DNA of 64,000 nt from Hyaloraphidium curvatum SAG 235-1 (Eukaryota; Fungi; Monoblepharomycota). The DNA lies in assembly GCA_025558095.1 (NCBI GenBank), contig JAIVFI010000042.1, positions 1 to 64,000 on the forward strand. The letters are read 5' to 3'. The notes under the pieces are model-generated. The model was not told the DNA's origin. It searched no databases and saw only the letters and a list, made by a program, of their open reading frames with translations. How positions within the stretch are numbered: the first letter of the stretch is position 1; every line of letters begins with the position of its first letter. Position numbers and translations under genes: made by a program. Shown piece by piece: positions 1-9,369 of the stretch.

Positions 1-533
1 GTGCGCCCGAGTACGGGCTCGGGCGCAGGCTCCTCGCCAACGGCTACTCGATCGTCCTTACAAAGGCCGCGTTCTTGCACGCGGACTATCTGTGGCTCGC
101 TTCGTGCGCGTTGCCGCACTCCGTGACCACGATCGTCGGGGAGGAGGGGGGTTGCGAGGACATTGCCGCTGCCTTCCTGGCCTCGGGCACGTCGGGCAAG
201 CCGCCGCTTCTGGTGCATCCGGGGTCCGGCACCGTCCAATGCGGGGAGAGAGTGCCCCACGAGCTGGGCAGTGGGGACTCTGCCGTGGCGCGCGGGGAGG
301 GATGGGCATGCTGGCGCGCGCACGCGATCGAGGACTACGGGTACCACAGCGGGCTGTCTGGGCGGGCCAAGCACGCGCCTGGGAGGTCCCGGTGCCTCGC
401 GGCGTTCGAGGGAATCTTTGGGGACGTGCTCAAGGTTTCGACAGAGGCGGTCACCGGGCACGGGGGGTGGCCGCCGTTTTTGGGGCGCCGTGACGCGGGC
501 GACCTCGCAAATAGTGCTCTCCTGCGGGGATGA
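1..533 (+). CDS. 3' end of a GT64 (EXTL2/exostosin C-terminal-like) glycosyltransferase; 5' part lies outside the window
   Basis: Frame 3 reads YSIVLTKAAFLH...CEDIAAAFLASGTSGKPPLLV...SGLSGRAKHAPGRSRCLAAFEGIFG. This matches the GT64 motifs YSxVLTxAAFxH, (N)CEDIxMNF and HxxxRSxCLNxFxxxFG. Stop at 531-533. Confidence 0.75.
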   Translation, partial: APEYGLGRRLLANGYSIVLTKAAFLHADYLWLASCALPHSVTTIVGEEGGCEDIAAAFLASGTSGKPPLLVHPGSGTVQCGERVPHELGSGDSAVARGEGWACWRAHAIEDYGYHSGLSGRAKHAPGRSRCLAAFEGIFGDVLKVSTEAVTGHGGWPPFLGRRDAGDLANSALLRG

Positions 534-540
534 GTATGTT

Positions 541-1660
541 CTACTGGGTGATCGTCGAATGGGCTGCCAATAGGAGTAATGGCGTGATTGGGCTAAGATC
601 GCGCCCCTCTGCGTCTCGTCGCCCCCGCGATCCACGCCGCACACGCTGGTTCAATAACAAGTCACGCCTCAGCCCACCCACCGCATGCAAACCCCTCTGC
701 AGGCTATCCACGCAGCACGCTGGCACTCCACCGCGCAGTAGCGGGCCGCCGGGCACCCCGCGCACAACCCGCATCGCAAAAGTCACTGCTGTTGGCCATC
801 TGGCCTCTTTGCAGACTTCACGCAGCGCAGTTCCGGGAAACCGACCGGCGGACAGTCCTTGATTCAAGTCGCTACACCGCCGTCCGCTCTCCCCCCGCGC
901 AATAGCTTGCTCCCTGCCATAAACCTCGCCGTCCCCGCCGCGCATGACGGGCGGCCACCCCCTGTACTCCGCCACGGCCTCGGTCGACACCCTGAGCACG
1001 TCCCCAAAGATCCCCTCGAACGCCGCCAGGCACCTCGACCTCCCCGGCAGGTGCTTGGCCCGCGACGAGAGCCCCCGGTCTTGCCCGTAGTCCAGGATGC
1101 CGAGCTCCCTCCTCGTGGCAAAGGAGCGCATCTTCCAAAGCCACCACGCCGAGAGATCGAGAGCTGCGCGCCACGGCATCGACCCCCGCGACCCGCGACG
1201 GTGGAAGTTCCACGGCTTCGTCTCGGAGGTGAAGTGCAGCACCACCGCTTGGGGAGCGAGCACGTTCCAGGCATGCCGCTCGTGCGCGGTGGTGGGCACG
1301 TTGTAGCGTTGCGGAAGCTTCAGCCACGTGCGTCCGGGTTCGGGCGGTTTCCCAAGTCCCTCAGGGTTGAAGAATGCGTTCAGCAGGCCCTGATCCCCGC
1401 GGTTGTAGGAGCGCGTGGCTGGCTGGGCGGCGAGCAGGGCACCGTGGGTGCCCGCGTCGGGGCGGAGCAGCATCACGCCGGCGTTGAACAGCTCCGAGTC
1501 CGCGACCTCCGGAGCCACCGCGATGGCGTGCCCGGGCGGCCAGTCCCGGCGGAGCGGAAGAATCAAGGAGAGGAGCTCGTCCAGCCGGGCGGGGTCGACC
1601 GCGAGCGTGTCCGCGTCGGGGAAGGGCGGACGAGGAGTGATTTCCGCCGAGGGGTGTTCT
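541..1660 (-). pseudogene. Truncated GT8 (glycogenin-like) glycosyltransferase fused to a GT64 C-terminal remnant
   Basis: GT8 motifs DADTL, FNAGVMLLRP, SYNRGDQGLLNAFF, LPQRYNV and VLHFTSETKPW. These are followed directly by DYGQDRGLSSRAKHLPGRSRCLAAFEGIFG. The GT8 N-terminus and the GT64 core are absent. Confidence 0.65.
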
Positions 1661-1877
1661 TGAGGTGATGCATCCCTAGTACGGCGCGTACCGCCCGGGT
1701 CCGCATGCAGTCGCGTCGACAATTAATTCTTTCTTTGATGGGTTGCCTGCTCGCCGATTCGAATCGACGGGAAGCATGTCGTTGCTTTGGGGGACAGTTC
1801 CGCGGAAAGATCCATCGTCGCCCCCGCCGTCCGACTATTTACCGTCCCGGCTCCATCTCGTTTGCTCGACACTCGCA

Positions 1878-2666
1878 ATGTCCCTCGCCAACACCGTCGC
1901 CGTCATTACCGGCTCCGCGAGCGGGATCGGTCTCGCCAGCGCCCGCGAGTTCGCCCGGCTCGGGGCCGACCTGGTGCTCGGGGACTTGGACGCCGCCGCG
2001 CTCTCGGCCGCCAAGGACTCTCTGCTGTCCTCGTTTCCGTACCGGAGGGTCCAGGCGGTCGTCTGCGACGTGTCTTCCGACGCGGGCAACGCGGCGCTGG
2101 CCGCCGCCGCCGTCGAGCTCGGCGGAAAGGTGTCAATATTGATGCTCAACGCCGGCGTGGGCGTCGCCGGCCGTCTGGAGCTCATCCCCGCCGCCGAATG
2201 GGAACGGACTTTTGCCGTCAACGTGCTCGGCACGGTGCGCGGGCTGGCGGCGTTCATGCCGCTCCTCTCCGAGGGCTCGCGTGTGGTTGTCACGGGCAGC
2301 TCGGCGTCGTTCACCGCGGGGCAAGACGGGTCGGACGCGCCGTACACGGCAAGCAAGCATGCGCTGCTGGGCCTGGTGAAGAGCTACGCCAACTACCTTG
2401 GGAGGAAGGGGGTTTCGGTGCAGCTGCTGGCGCCCAAGCTGACCGACACGGGGTTCCTGACCAAGGGGGCCGTTTGGACGTCGGACGGGCGCAAGAACAC
2501 CCGTGTCGCAGTTCCCGAGGGCACGGACACCGCGGAGCAGGTAGCCAGGATGATGGTTCGGAACTTGGGGAACGGGAAGCTCGTGATCAGCGCCGACCCG
2601 GGGCTGCCCGAGGCGGTGGCCCGGTTCGCGAGGGAGCAGATCGCGGCCGTGGACCCGAAGCTATAA
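1878..2666 (+). CDS. Short-chain dehydrogenase/reductase (classical SDR), PTS1-like C-terminus PKL
   Basis: ITGSASGIG (TGxxxGxG), LNAGV, YTASK (YxxxK); intronless ORF. Confidence 0.9.
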   Translation: MSLANTVAVITGSASGIGLASAREFARLGADLVLGDLDAAALSAAKDSLLSSFPYRRVQAVVCDVSSDAGNAALAAAAVELGGKVSILMLNAGVGVAGRLELIPAAEWERTFAVNVLGTVRGLAAFMPLLSEGSRVVVTGSSASFTAGQDGSDAPYTASKHALLGLVKSYANYLGRKGVSVQLLAPKLTDTGFLTKGAVWTSDGRKNTRVAVPEGTDTAEQVARMMVRNLGNGKLVISADPGLPEAVARFAREQIAAVDPKL

Positions 2667-3147
2667 CGGACGACAAAGATAGATGCTTTCTCGGAAGGGG
2701 GTGCGGTACGTCGAACGGCGCTGGTTGCGTTCCCGCGGAGAGCGGCATCGGTCGCGCACGCGGCCCGGCATCCCCTGGAGAGACCCGAGCCAGACGGAAG
2801 AAACGTATCCGTTTCCGAGAGTTTTTGGAGTTGTTCTCTGTAATGGACGTCGGAACTGTGCTGCAGTGGCATAAGGTATGCGTTGCCGCTTCTTCGTTCG
2901 AGAGAGAGAGACTCCCATCCCCCAGCCCAGAGCGAGCCAAGCGGCACAATCCAGTCATGGAGATTTCCCACTTGGTCGCCGTTGATCCACGAGCCATGAA
3001 TTTCGCCGCCAGGACGGGTGGTTGCGGTTGCTGACCGCTTTGCCTTTCCCGGGACCCTCGGGCTGGTGGCCGCTCGGGCGCCTTTCGTTTTGGCGCGCTA
3101 CGGCACCGGGCCCCTTCCGCGGCCAGCGACCGCAATCGAGCCGGTAA

Positions 3148-4899
3148 ATGCCTGCGATGCCTTTCGCCGCGCGGACACTTCTCGCCCTGGCGGCGGCCGC
3201 GGTGCTGGCGGGCTCTGCGGCGGGGCAGCCGCTGCCGCGGACGTTCCTCGCGGCGCCGGCGGACCTGCGGGCCAACGCCGCGCTGCTTGCCGCCGGCGAC
3301 CCCGCGATTGGGCTTGTCGTCGACCGGCTGGCCTCGTCGCGGGACCTCTCCGACGCCCTGGCGCTGTCGCCCGCCGAGCTGCCCTCCGTCTACAAGGGCC
3401 ACGGCACGGCGCGGCTGCCGCCCGGCGCCGCCAACGGCACGTACATCTCCTTCGCGCCGTACTGGTGGCCCGACCCGAAGCACGGCGGCGGGCTGCCGCA
3501 GACCCGCGTGGACGGCTGCGTCAACCCGCGCTCCACCCGCGAGCCCTCGACGCGCGAGCAGTGGCGGGACTTTGTGCGCTACACCGAGGCGCTCTCGCTC
3601 GCCGCGTACTACGCCCTCGCCGCCCCCGCAAGGTTCCCCCAGCCCGCCACGGCCTACGCCGCCCGCGCGGCCGAGATGGCCCGCGCCTTCCTCGTCGACC
3701 CCCGCACGCGCATGGACCCCGACCTCGCCTTTGCCCAGCTCTCCCTCTCGGGCGCCCCCCGCGCCGCATTCGACTGGGGCGTCGACGTCGTCTCGGCGCC
3801 CGAGCTGGCCGACGCGCTGGGCATCCTCGAGCTGTTCCCGGAGCAGTTCCCGGCCGCGCTCAGGGACGCCTGCACAAACTGGTTCGCCCGCCTCCGGTCG
3901 TGGCTCGAGGCCCGCGTCGCGGAGCTCGACCCGACGAGGCCGCCGCCCTCGACGAGGAACAACCTCCGCACCGTGTACGAGGTCTTCGTCTCCTCGGCCC
4001 GGCTGTATTCGGGCGACCCGTCCTACACTGCCGCGGCCGCGGCGGCGACCTGCGCCCGCCTCCACGCGGACCAGATCCGTCCCTCGGGCGAGCAGCACCT
4101 CGAGACCGCGCGCGCGGACTCGTTCCTCTACTCGGCCGCCAACCTGGACCAGCTCGTGCGCCTGGCGAGGCTGGCGGACCGCGTGCCGGGTTCCGCAGGG
4201 GAGTGCTGGTCGCCTTCTCTGACGACCGCGGCGGAGTACCTCCTCCCCTCGCTCCTCCTTGGCGACGGATGCTGGCCGCACGGCACCCGCGCCGCGCGCG
4301 ACGGCAAGTCCGCCGCGGAGCAGGCCATGTACCTGATGTGGGAGCGCACCGCCAACGCGAGCTACCTCCACGCCTTCGCCAACTCCGCGGGGACGACGCC
4401 GCCGCGGTGGAACGAGAGGGACAGGCTGTGGCTGCCCAATGCGGCGGCCGATTCGGACCGGGGCCGCGCAGAGGCCGAGGTGCGGCAGGGCGAATGGTGG
4501 CCCGCTTCTTCGCCGCGCCCGGCGTGCCCCGCCGCCCGCCGCCCGCAACGGCAGCGGAGGCAGACGACGGCTTCCTGCGCTGACACCCTGGCGGCGCTGT
4601 ACCGCGGCACCCCCTGGGAAGACGAGTTCCTCCGCGGGGGCGCGGCGCCCGCCGACGGCGGCTACGGCTCGGGCGTCCAGGCGATCGGGGGCACGGCGAC
4701 GGACGTGGTCGGGCCCGTGGGAGGGAGCGGGTCGGGGGGATCGAACGGGAGCGGGGCCGCGGGCGGGAACGGGACCTCGGGGTCGGGATCGGGATCGGAG
4801 TCGGGGACAGGGACGGGGAGCAAGGAGTCCGGGGCGGCGAGGACGGCGGCGGCGCTCTTGGGGGCCCTGGCGGCCGTGGCGGCGGCGCTGGCGGTGTGA
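3148..4899 (+). CDS. Secreted, probably GPI-anchored alginate-lyase-family (alpha/alpha toroid) polysaccharide lyase-like protein
   Basis: Signal peptide; YISFAPYWWPDP...GLP...RVDGCVNP; FLVDPRTRMDPDLAFAQ; RNN; QIRPSGEQHLETARADSFLYS; Gly/Ser linker; hydrophobic C-terminal tail. Confidence 0.75.
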   Translation: MPAMPFAARTLLALAAAAVLAGSAAGQPLPRTFLAAPADLRANAALLAAGDPAIGLVVDRLASSRDLSDALALSPAELPSVYKGHGTARLPPGAANGTYISFAPYWWPDPKHGGGLPQTRVDGCVNPRSTREPSTREQWRDFVRYTEALSLAAYYALAAPARFPQPATAYAARAAEMARAFLVDPRTRMDPDLAFAQLSLSGAPRAAFDWGVDVVSAPELADALGILELFPEQFPAALRDACTNWFARLRSWLEARVAELDPTRPPPSTRNNLRTVYEVFVSSARLYSGDPSYTAAAAAATCARLHADQIRPSGEQHLETARADSFLYSAANLDQLVRLARLADRVPGSAGECWSPSLTTAAEYLLPSLLLGDGCWPHGTRAARDGKSAAEQAMYLMWERTANASYLHAFANSAGTTPPRWNERDRLWLPNAAADSDRGRAEAEVRQGEWWPASSPRPACPAARRPQRQRRQTTASCADTLAALYRGTPWEDEFLRGGAAPADGGYGSGVQAIGGTATDVVGPVGGSGSGGSNGSGAAGGNGTSGSGSGSESGTGTGSKESGAARTAAALLGALAAVAAALAV

Positions 4900-5055
4900 T
4901 CGATATCATATTTTGCTATTTCGTCGGAGAGTGAATACCCATTGTATTCGGATGCGTGAGAAGGGACATATGATTGGTGCCAGAAGTCTCCGCGCACGAG
5001 TCCGAGACCGTCGCATCGTACCCGCCAGCGAGTGACCGGCCCGTGGCGCCGGGCC

Positions 5056-6090
5056 ATGGACGCGCCGAGACGCAAGCGGCGTCGTTTGGAGGGCGAGCAG
5101 GCACGGGATCCCGCGCCGGAGCCCGGGACGGACGCGCGATCCGAGGTCGCCGCCCCGACTTCTCCGGAGATGCCGCCCGCGCGCTTCTCGCCGTACCGCC
5201 TGGAGCTGTACTTCAAAACACCGGCGGACCTGAAAGCGCGCGTGGTGCCGTTCCTGAATGCGCATCGCGTCGCCGCAGACGCGTGGCCTGTCCCGTGCGA
5301 GGATGCGACCGGACAGGTTCCCCGATGGAGGCTCAACGTGCCCAACAAGCACCCCTCGGACGACCTGCTCGGCGCGCTGGAGCTGCTCCTGTCCTCGGTG
5401 GTGCCGCCGCCGGACGTGTGCGTGCACTACTCGATGAAGATGCACGGACGGGGCGACGGGGCGGTGCGCGAGCTCCGATCCTTCCTGGAACGCATCGCGG
5501 ACGTCGCGGATGGGAACAAGCACGCGCCCAAGCCCTCGGTGCTCCTCGTTTCCGGTGGCGGTGACCCCTCCAAGCGGCCCAAATCCTTGGTCGACGCCGC
5601 CCGCGCGCTGTCCTCCCTCGCTTCCCTGCGCCCCGACCCCGCCTCCCGCGCCCGCCTCCCCGCCATCTGGGTCGCCTACAATCCACACCTTCCCGACCGC
5701 ACGGGGGAGCTCGCCCGGCTGCGGACCAAGCTCGCGAGCGGGATGGTGGCGGGGATCGCGTTGCAGATCGGCGCGGACGCGGGGGTACTGAGGCAGGGAC
5801 TGGACGCGCTCGATCGGCTTGTGGATGAGCTGGGCGTGCCGACGCCCGGGGTGTGGGGATCGGTGCTCGTGCCGAGCAGGGCGATGCTGGCGCGGATGCG
5901 GTTCCGCCCCTGGTCGGGGGTGGCGCTGCCCGAAGAATACCTGGGGAGCGTGGAGGGGGCCGAGCTGCTGACGGGAAAGGTGCTGAGGGTGTACGCTGAA
6001 AGAGGGGTGATGCCGATCGTGGAGACGGCGGTGGAGGACGGGGAGGGGCTCCGGAGGGCGGAGGCGATTTTCCGAGGCGCGGCCCCCTGA
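5056..6090 (+). CDS. MTHFR-like FAD-linked oxidoreductase (TIM barrel), divergent
   Basis: VCVHYSMK, VLLVSGGG and VAYNPHLP...ELARLRTKLASG...IALQIG resemble the methylenetetrahydrofolate-reductase fold. Confidence 0.55.
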   Translation: MDAPRRKRRRLEGEQARDPAPEPGTDARSEVAAPTSPEMPPARFSPYRLELYFKTPADLKARVVPFLNAHRVAADAWPVPCEDATGQVPRWRLNVPNKHPSDDLLGALELLLSSVVPPPDVCVHYSMKMHGRGDGAVRELRSFLERIADVADGNKHAPKPSVLLVSGGGDPSKRPKSLVDAARALSSLASLRPDPASRARLPAIWVAYNPHLPDRTGELARLRTKLASGMVAGIALQIGADAGVLRQGLDALDRLVDELGVPTPGVWGSVLVPSRAMLARMRFRPWSGVALPEEYLGSVEGAELLTGKVLRVYAERGVMPIVETAVEDGEGLRRAEAIFRGAAP

Positions 6091-6454
6091 TGGCTTCGGT
6101 TTCGATGCCGACATCCGGGACGGTGCCGCGAGCCGGCGCTGTTGAGCAACCTCCTGGACTCCTGCTCGCGTATTTCAAAGCTTATGGCAGGGGGATTGGC
6201 CCACGCAGCATCCTTTTCGACACGAGGCCTCCGACCGACGGCAGCGGCGACGCGCAATCGCGCACCCATGCCGCCCGGCTTGAGTCCGCATGAAGTAGAC
6301 GCAGGGGTTCTGCGGGGTTCTTTCCGGAGGCCTGCGAATTACGGTATGGAGCGCCGACCGGCCAACAGTGCTCCCCCAAACACCACCGGTCACTCGCCCC
6401 GCCGCCGCCTCCGACGGTCATCCCCTTCCACCGCACGACCCACCGCACGCTGCC

Positions 6455-6800
6455 ATGCCCCGCCTCGCCCTCCTCCTCGCGGTGCTCCTCGCGCTCGCCG
6501 TGCAGGCCCTCGCCGCGTGCGTCCCACCCGCTCCGGCGTCGTCCCCCTCCTCACCTACCCTCCGTACCGGCACGCAGCCCCGGCGCCACCCGCGCCATTT
6601 TCAAGCGCGCCTGCGGCGAGTGCTCCGCCGCCGAGTTCTGTGCGTCCCGTTTGCCGCCCCGCCGGAAGATGACCCGCTGACAAACACCGCTCCCCCGCGC
6701 GGCAGGCGAGGCGACCTACCCCGGCACGCCCGAGGGACGTGTCGCGTGCGTCAGCTTCGTCGGAAGCGAGGCCAAGAAGGAGCTGCAGAAGAGGTACTGA
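6455..6800 (+). CDS. Small secreted 4-Cys peptide precursor, copy 1 (3 exons: 6455-6516, 6578-6639, 6706-6800; 72 aa)
   Basis: Two GTGCGT...CAG introns. Spliced product: MPRLALLLAVLLALAVQALAAPGATRAIFKR-ACGECSAAEFCEATYPGTPEGRVACVSFVGSEAKKELQKRY*. The three paralogues have the same exon structure. Confidence 0.85.
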
Positions 6801-7242
6801 TCGGGGTTGGAGACTGGCAGGGAGGCGAAGGTGGCGAACCGGCCGAGAGCCCGATGGATGAGCGGAACGGGCGATGTTTGGAGTACAATGGGAACTCCAG
6901 CACGAGGTTCACGGGTCACCATGTCCGGCGGGTGCGAAATGTCCAAGGTCGGATATTCCGCCCGCGAACGGGCTTCCTTTGCCCTTTGGGACCAAGAAGG
7001 GGAACCGCCCGGCCATCCGCAAAGGCGCACCGCCGTACCGACCATCGCCGTTTCCAGACTCTGCGCACTGTTGCCGCCCCGCTCGTGCGCCGGACAGCGG
7101 CCACCTCTTTTGTGGGGTCAGGCCTTGTCCCCCGATCCCGACGGCAGATCGCGTGACCCCTCGTCCCCCAAACACCGCCCGCGCCGCCCCTTCGTCCCCA
7201 TCCCCCTAGTCGCACGACCGTCCGCCCGCCGCAATCCGCACG

Positions 7243-7588
7243 ATGCTCCGCCTTGCCCTACTCCTCGTGCTGCTCCTCGCCCTCCTCGCCCAAGCCCTCG
7301 CCGCGTGCGTCCCCACCCGCGGCAGCCGCACCGTCCCCCGCTCACCCCCCGCCTCCCCCGCGCCGCAGGCCCGCGGCGACCAAGGCCGTGTTCAAGCGCG
7401 CGTGCGGCGACTGCGCCCCCCAGGAATTCTGTTCGTCCCGCGCACCGCCGTCTCTCGATGCGGCGCTGACGGCCCCGTCCCCTCTCCCCCGGCCCCGTGC
7501 AGGCGAGGCGGCGTACCCCGGCACCCCCGAGGGCAGCATCGCCTGCGTGGCTTTGTCCGAGGAGGTGGAGCTGGTCAAGCGGTACTGA
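7243..7588 (+). CDS. Small secreted 4-Cys peptide precursor, copy 2 (3 exons)
   Basis: Spliced product: MLRLALLLVLLLALLAQALAAPAATKAVFKR-ACGDCAPQEFCEAAYPGTPEGSIACVALSEEVELVKRY*. Confidence 0.85.
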
Positions 7589-8164
7589 TCCCGGAAGGAA
7601 GCCGCGAAAAGGGGTGGCGGTGTGAATTGTGGAGGACCGAGGAAGAGGGCGGAGCGGGGACGAACAGGCAAAGTGTGGACCGCGATTGAAGTAGCGTTTA
7701 GTAATGTAACAAGAATGGCCCGGTGCGATGCGATGCGGTGCCGGGACCCGGGACTCCACGTCGCGCTCCTTGGGTCCGCCCCCGAATCTGACCCCAGTGG
7801 GTCGAATCCGATCCGGAGCACCCATTGGCACAATCTGCCAGCGCGAACGGCCCTTTGACGCCCGATTTTGGACCGATCGAGCTTCGATGGGCCGTTCGGA
7901 TGCCTCGGCTCCCCGACCTTGAGCGGGATGACAGGCCACCCGCAAACACGCACCCCGTACTGGTTGAGGTCTGCATCACGCTTGCAACAATATTCGCGTG
8001 GCCCCTTTCGCGGGAGCGCGAGCCGCTTATGGGACTCGCGGGGCACGCCCAGACCCCCCCAATAAAAGCCGCACCTGTCCGCGGTCCCCAAACACCACCT
8101 TCGCCGCCCTTTACCCCCCTCATCCTCCGCCTCCGCCGCCCTCCGACCGGCCGCTCCCCACCGC

Positions 8165-8503
8165 ATGATGTCCCGCCTCGTGCTCCTTCTCGCCCTGCTC
8201 CTCGCGCTCCTCCTCGGGGCCTCGGCCGCGTGCGTCCCCACCGCCGCCCGCCACACGCCGCGCCGGCCGCTCACCCGCCCCTCCAGCCCTCCCGCCACCC
8301 GCGCGATCTTCAAGCGCTCCTGCGGCGAATGCGGCGCCGATGAGTACTGTGCGTCCCGCCCCGCCGTCCGCTCCCCGGCCGGCGCTGACCCGTCCCGCCC
8401 GCCAGGCGAGGCGACCTACCCCGGCACGCCCGAGGGCAGCATCGCCTGCGTGGCGTACGTGGGAAGCGGCGCCAACAGGGCCCTGCTCAGGAGGTACGAC
8501 TGA
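8165..8503 (+). CDS. Small secreted 4-Cys peptide precursor, copy 3 (3 exons)
   Basis: Spliced product: MMSRLVLLLALLLALLLGASAAPPATRAIFKR-SCGECGADEYCEATYPGTPEGSIACVAYVGSGANRALLRRYD*. Confidence 0.85.
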   Translation: MMSRLVLLLALLLALLLGASAACVPTAARHTPRRPLTRPSSPPATRAIFKRSCGECGADEYCASRPAVRSPAGADPSRPPGEATYPGTPEGSIACVAYVGSGANRALLRRYD

Positions 8504-8653
8504 AGACCGGCCGGCGGGGACGGGTGGACGGCCAGTCGGGGAGCCCTGGCCGACCACGTCGGGGATGCGCAGGGGACGAGCAGGTCGATCATGTGCATTG
8601 CACCGGCACGACAAACCATCCGCATCCCCCCGCGCACATGCTCCCGACGTCCA

Positions 8654-8960
8654 TCAGAGCGGGCAGTACGACGCCTGCGCCCTGAACACCCCCCACGCCG
8701 CAAACACCAGCGTCAGCAGCGTCACGACCATCGTCTTGGCGGTGCCGTAGGTGACGGCGAACCCGAAGAACCGCGCGGGCTGGGCGGCGCCGAGGAACGC
8801 ACCCAGACAATCCGGGCGAGGTCCCCTGAGTGGGCGCGGTCTCCTCGGCGAGCGCGACGGCTGCGAGCGTCTCCGCGTCCGGCTCGGCGGGGAGCCCGGG
8901 CAACGATGGCCGGAGCACGGAGTTGCGCGGGAGCACGGCGAGGAGCTCCTGCGGCGTCAT
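8654..8960 (-). pseudogene. Internally deleted remnant of the 7-TM (GRL-like) family: N-terminus joined out of frame to the C-terminus
   Basis: MTPQELLAVLP...PGLPAEPD resembles the start of the 59665-61230 protein. A second frame gives ARFFGFAVTYGTAKTMVVTLLTLVFAAWGVFRAQASYCPL*, the family's TM7 region. Confidence 0.7.
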
Positions 8961-9369
8961 TGTGGCCGCGGTGCTGTCGGTCCGTCGATGCTTTGGGCGA
9001 GAAGTCGCGTCGACGGATTCCCGCGGCCAGCCAACGCATGCACCGCACATGAGCAATCGGAACCGAGGATCAAGGGTCTTCGTTACTTGCCGTCATGTTC
9101 CACCTGAACTGCTAACTCCTGTCGGACCTTCCTGCCACGCCGTGCACCTCTGGTAGGACAAGAAGAAGCTGAAGAGGGACGAACAGAGAGGGCAAAATGC
9201 CGCTGCCCGAACCGGATCGACGCCATCCGCGAGATGCTTTGCGATGATTGGGACGCATCGAGCTAGATGGGGACCGCCTGGGACGCCAATGCCGATGCGG
9301 CGGCGGCGGGGATCTGTGGCGGCCCAAACATCGGCCCGCCGAACCGTCCCCCACTCCATATTCCCCGCC

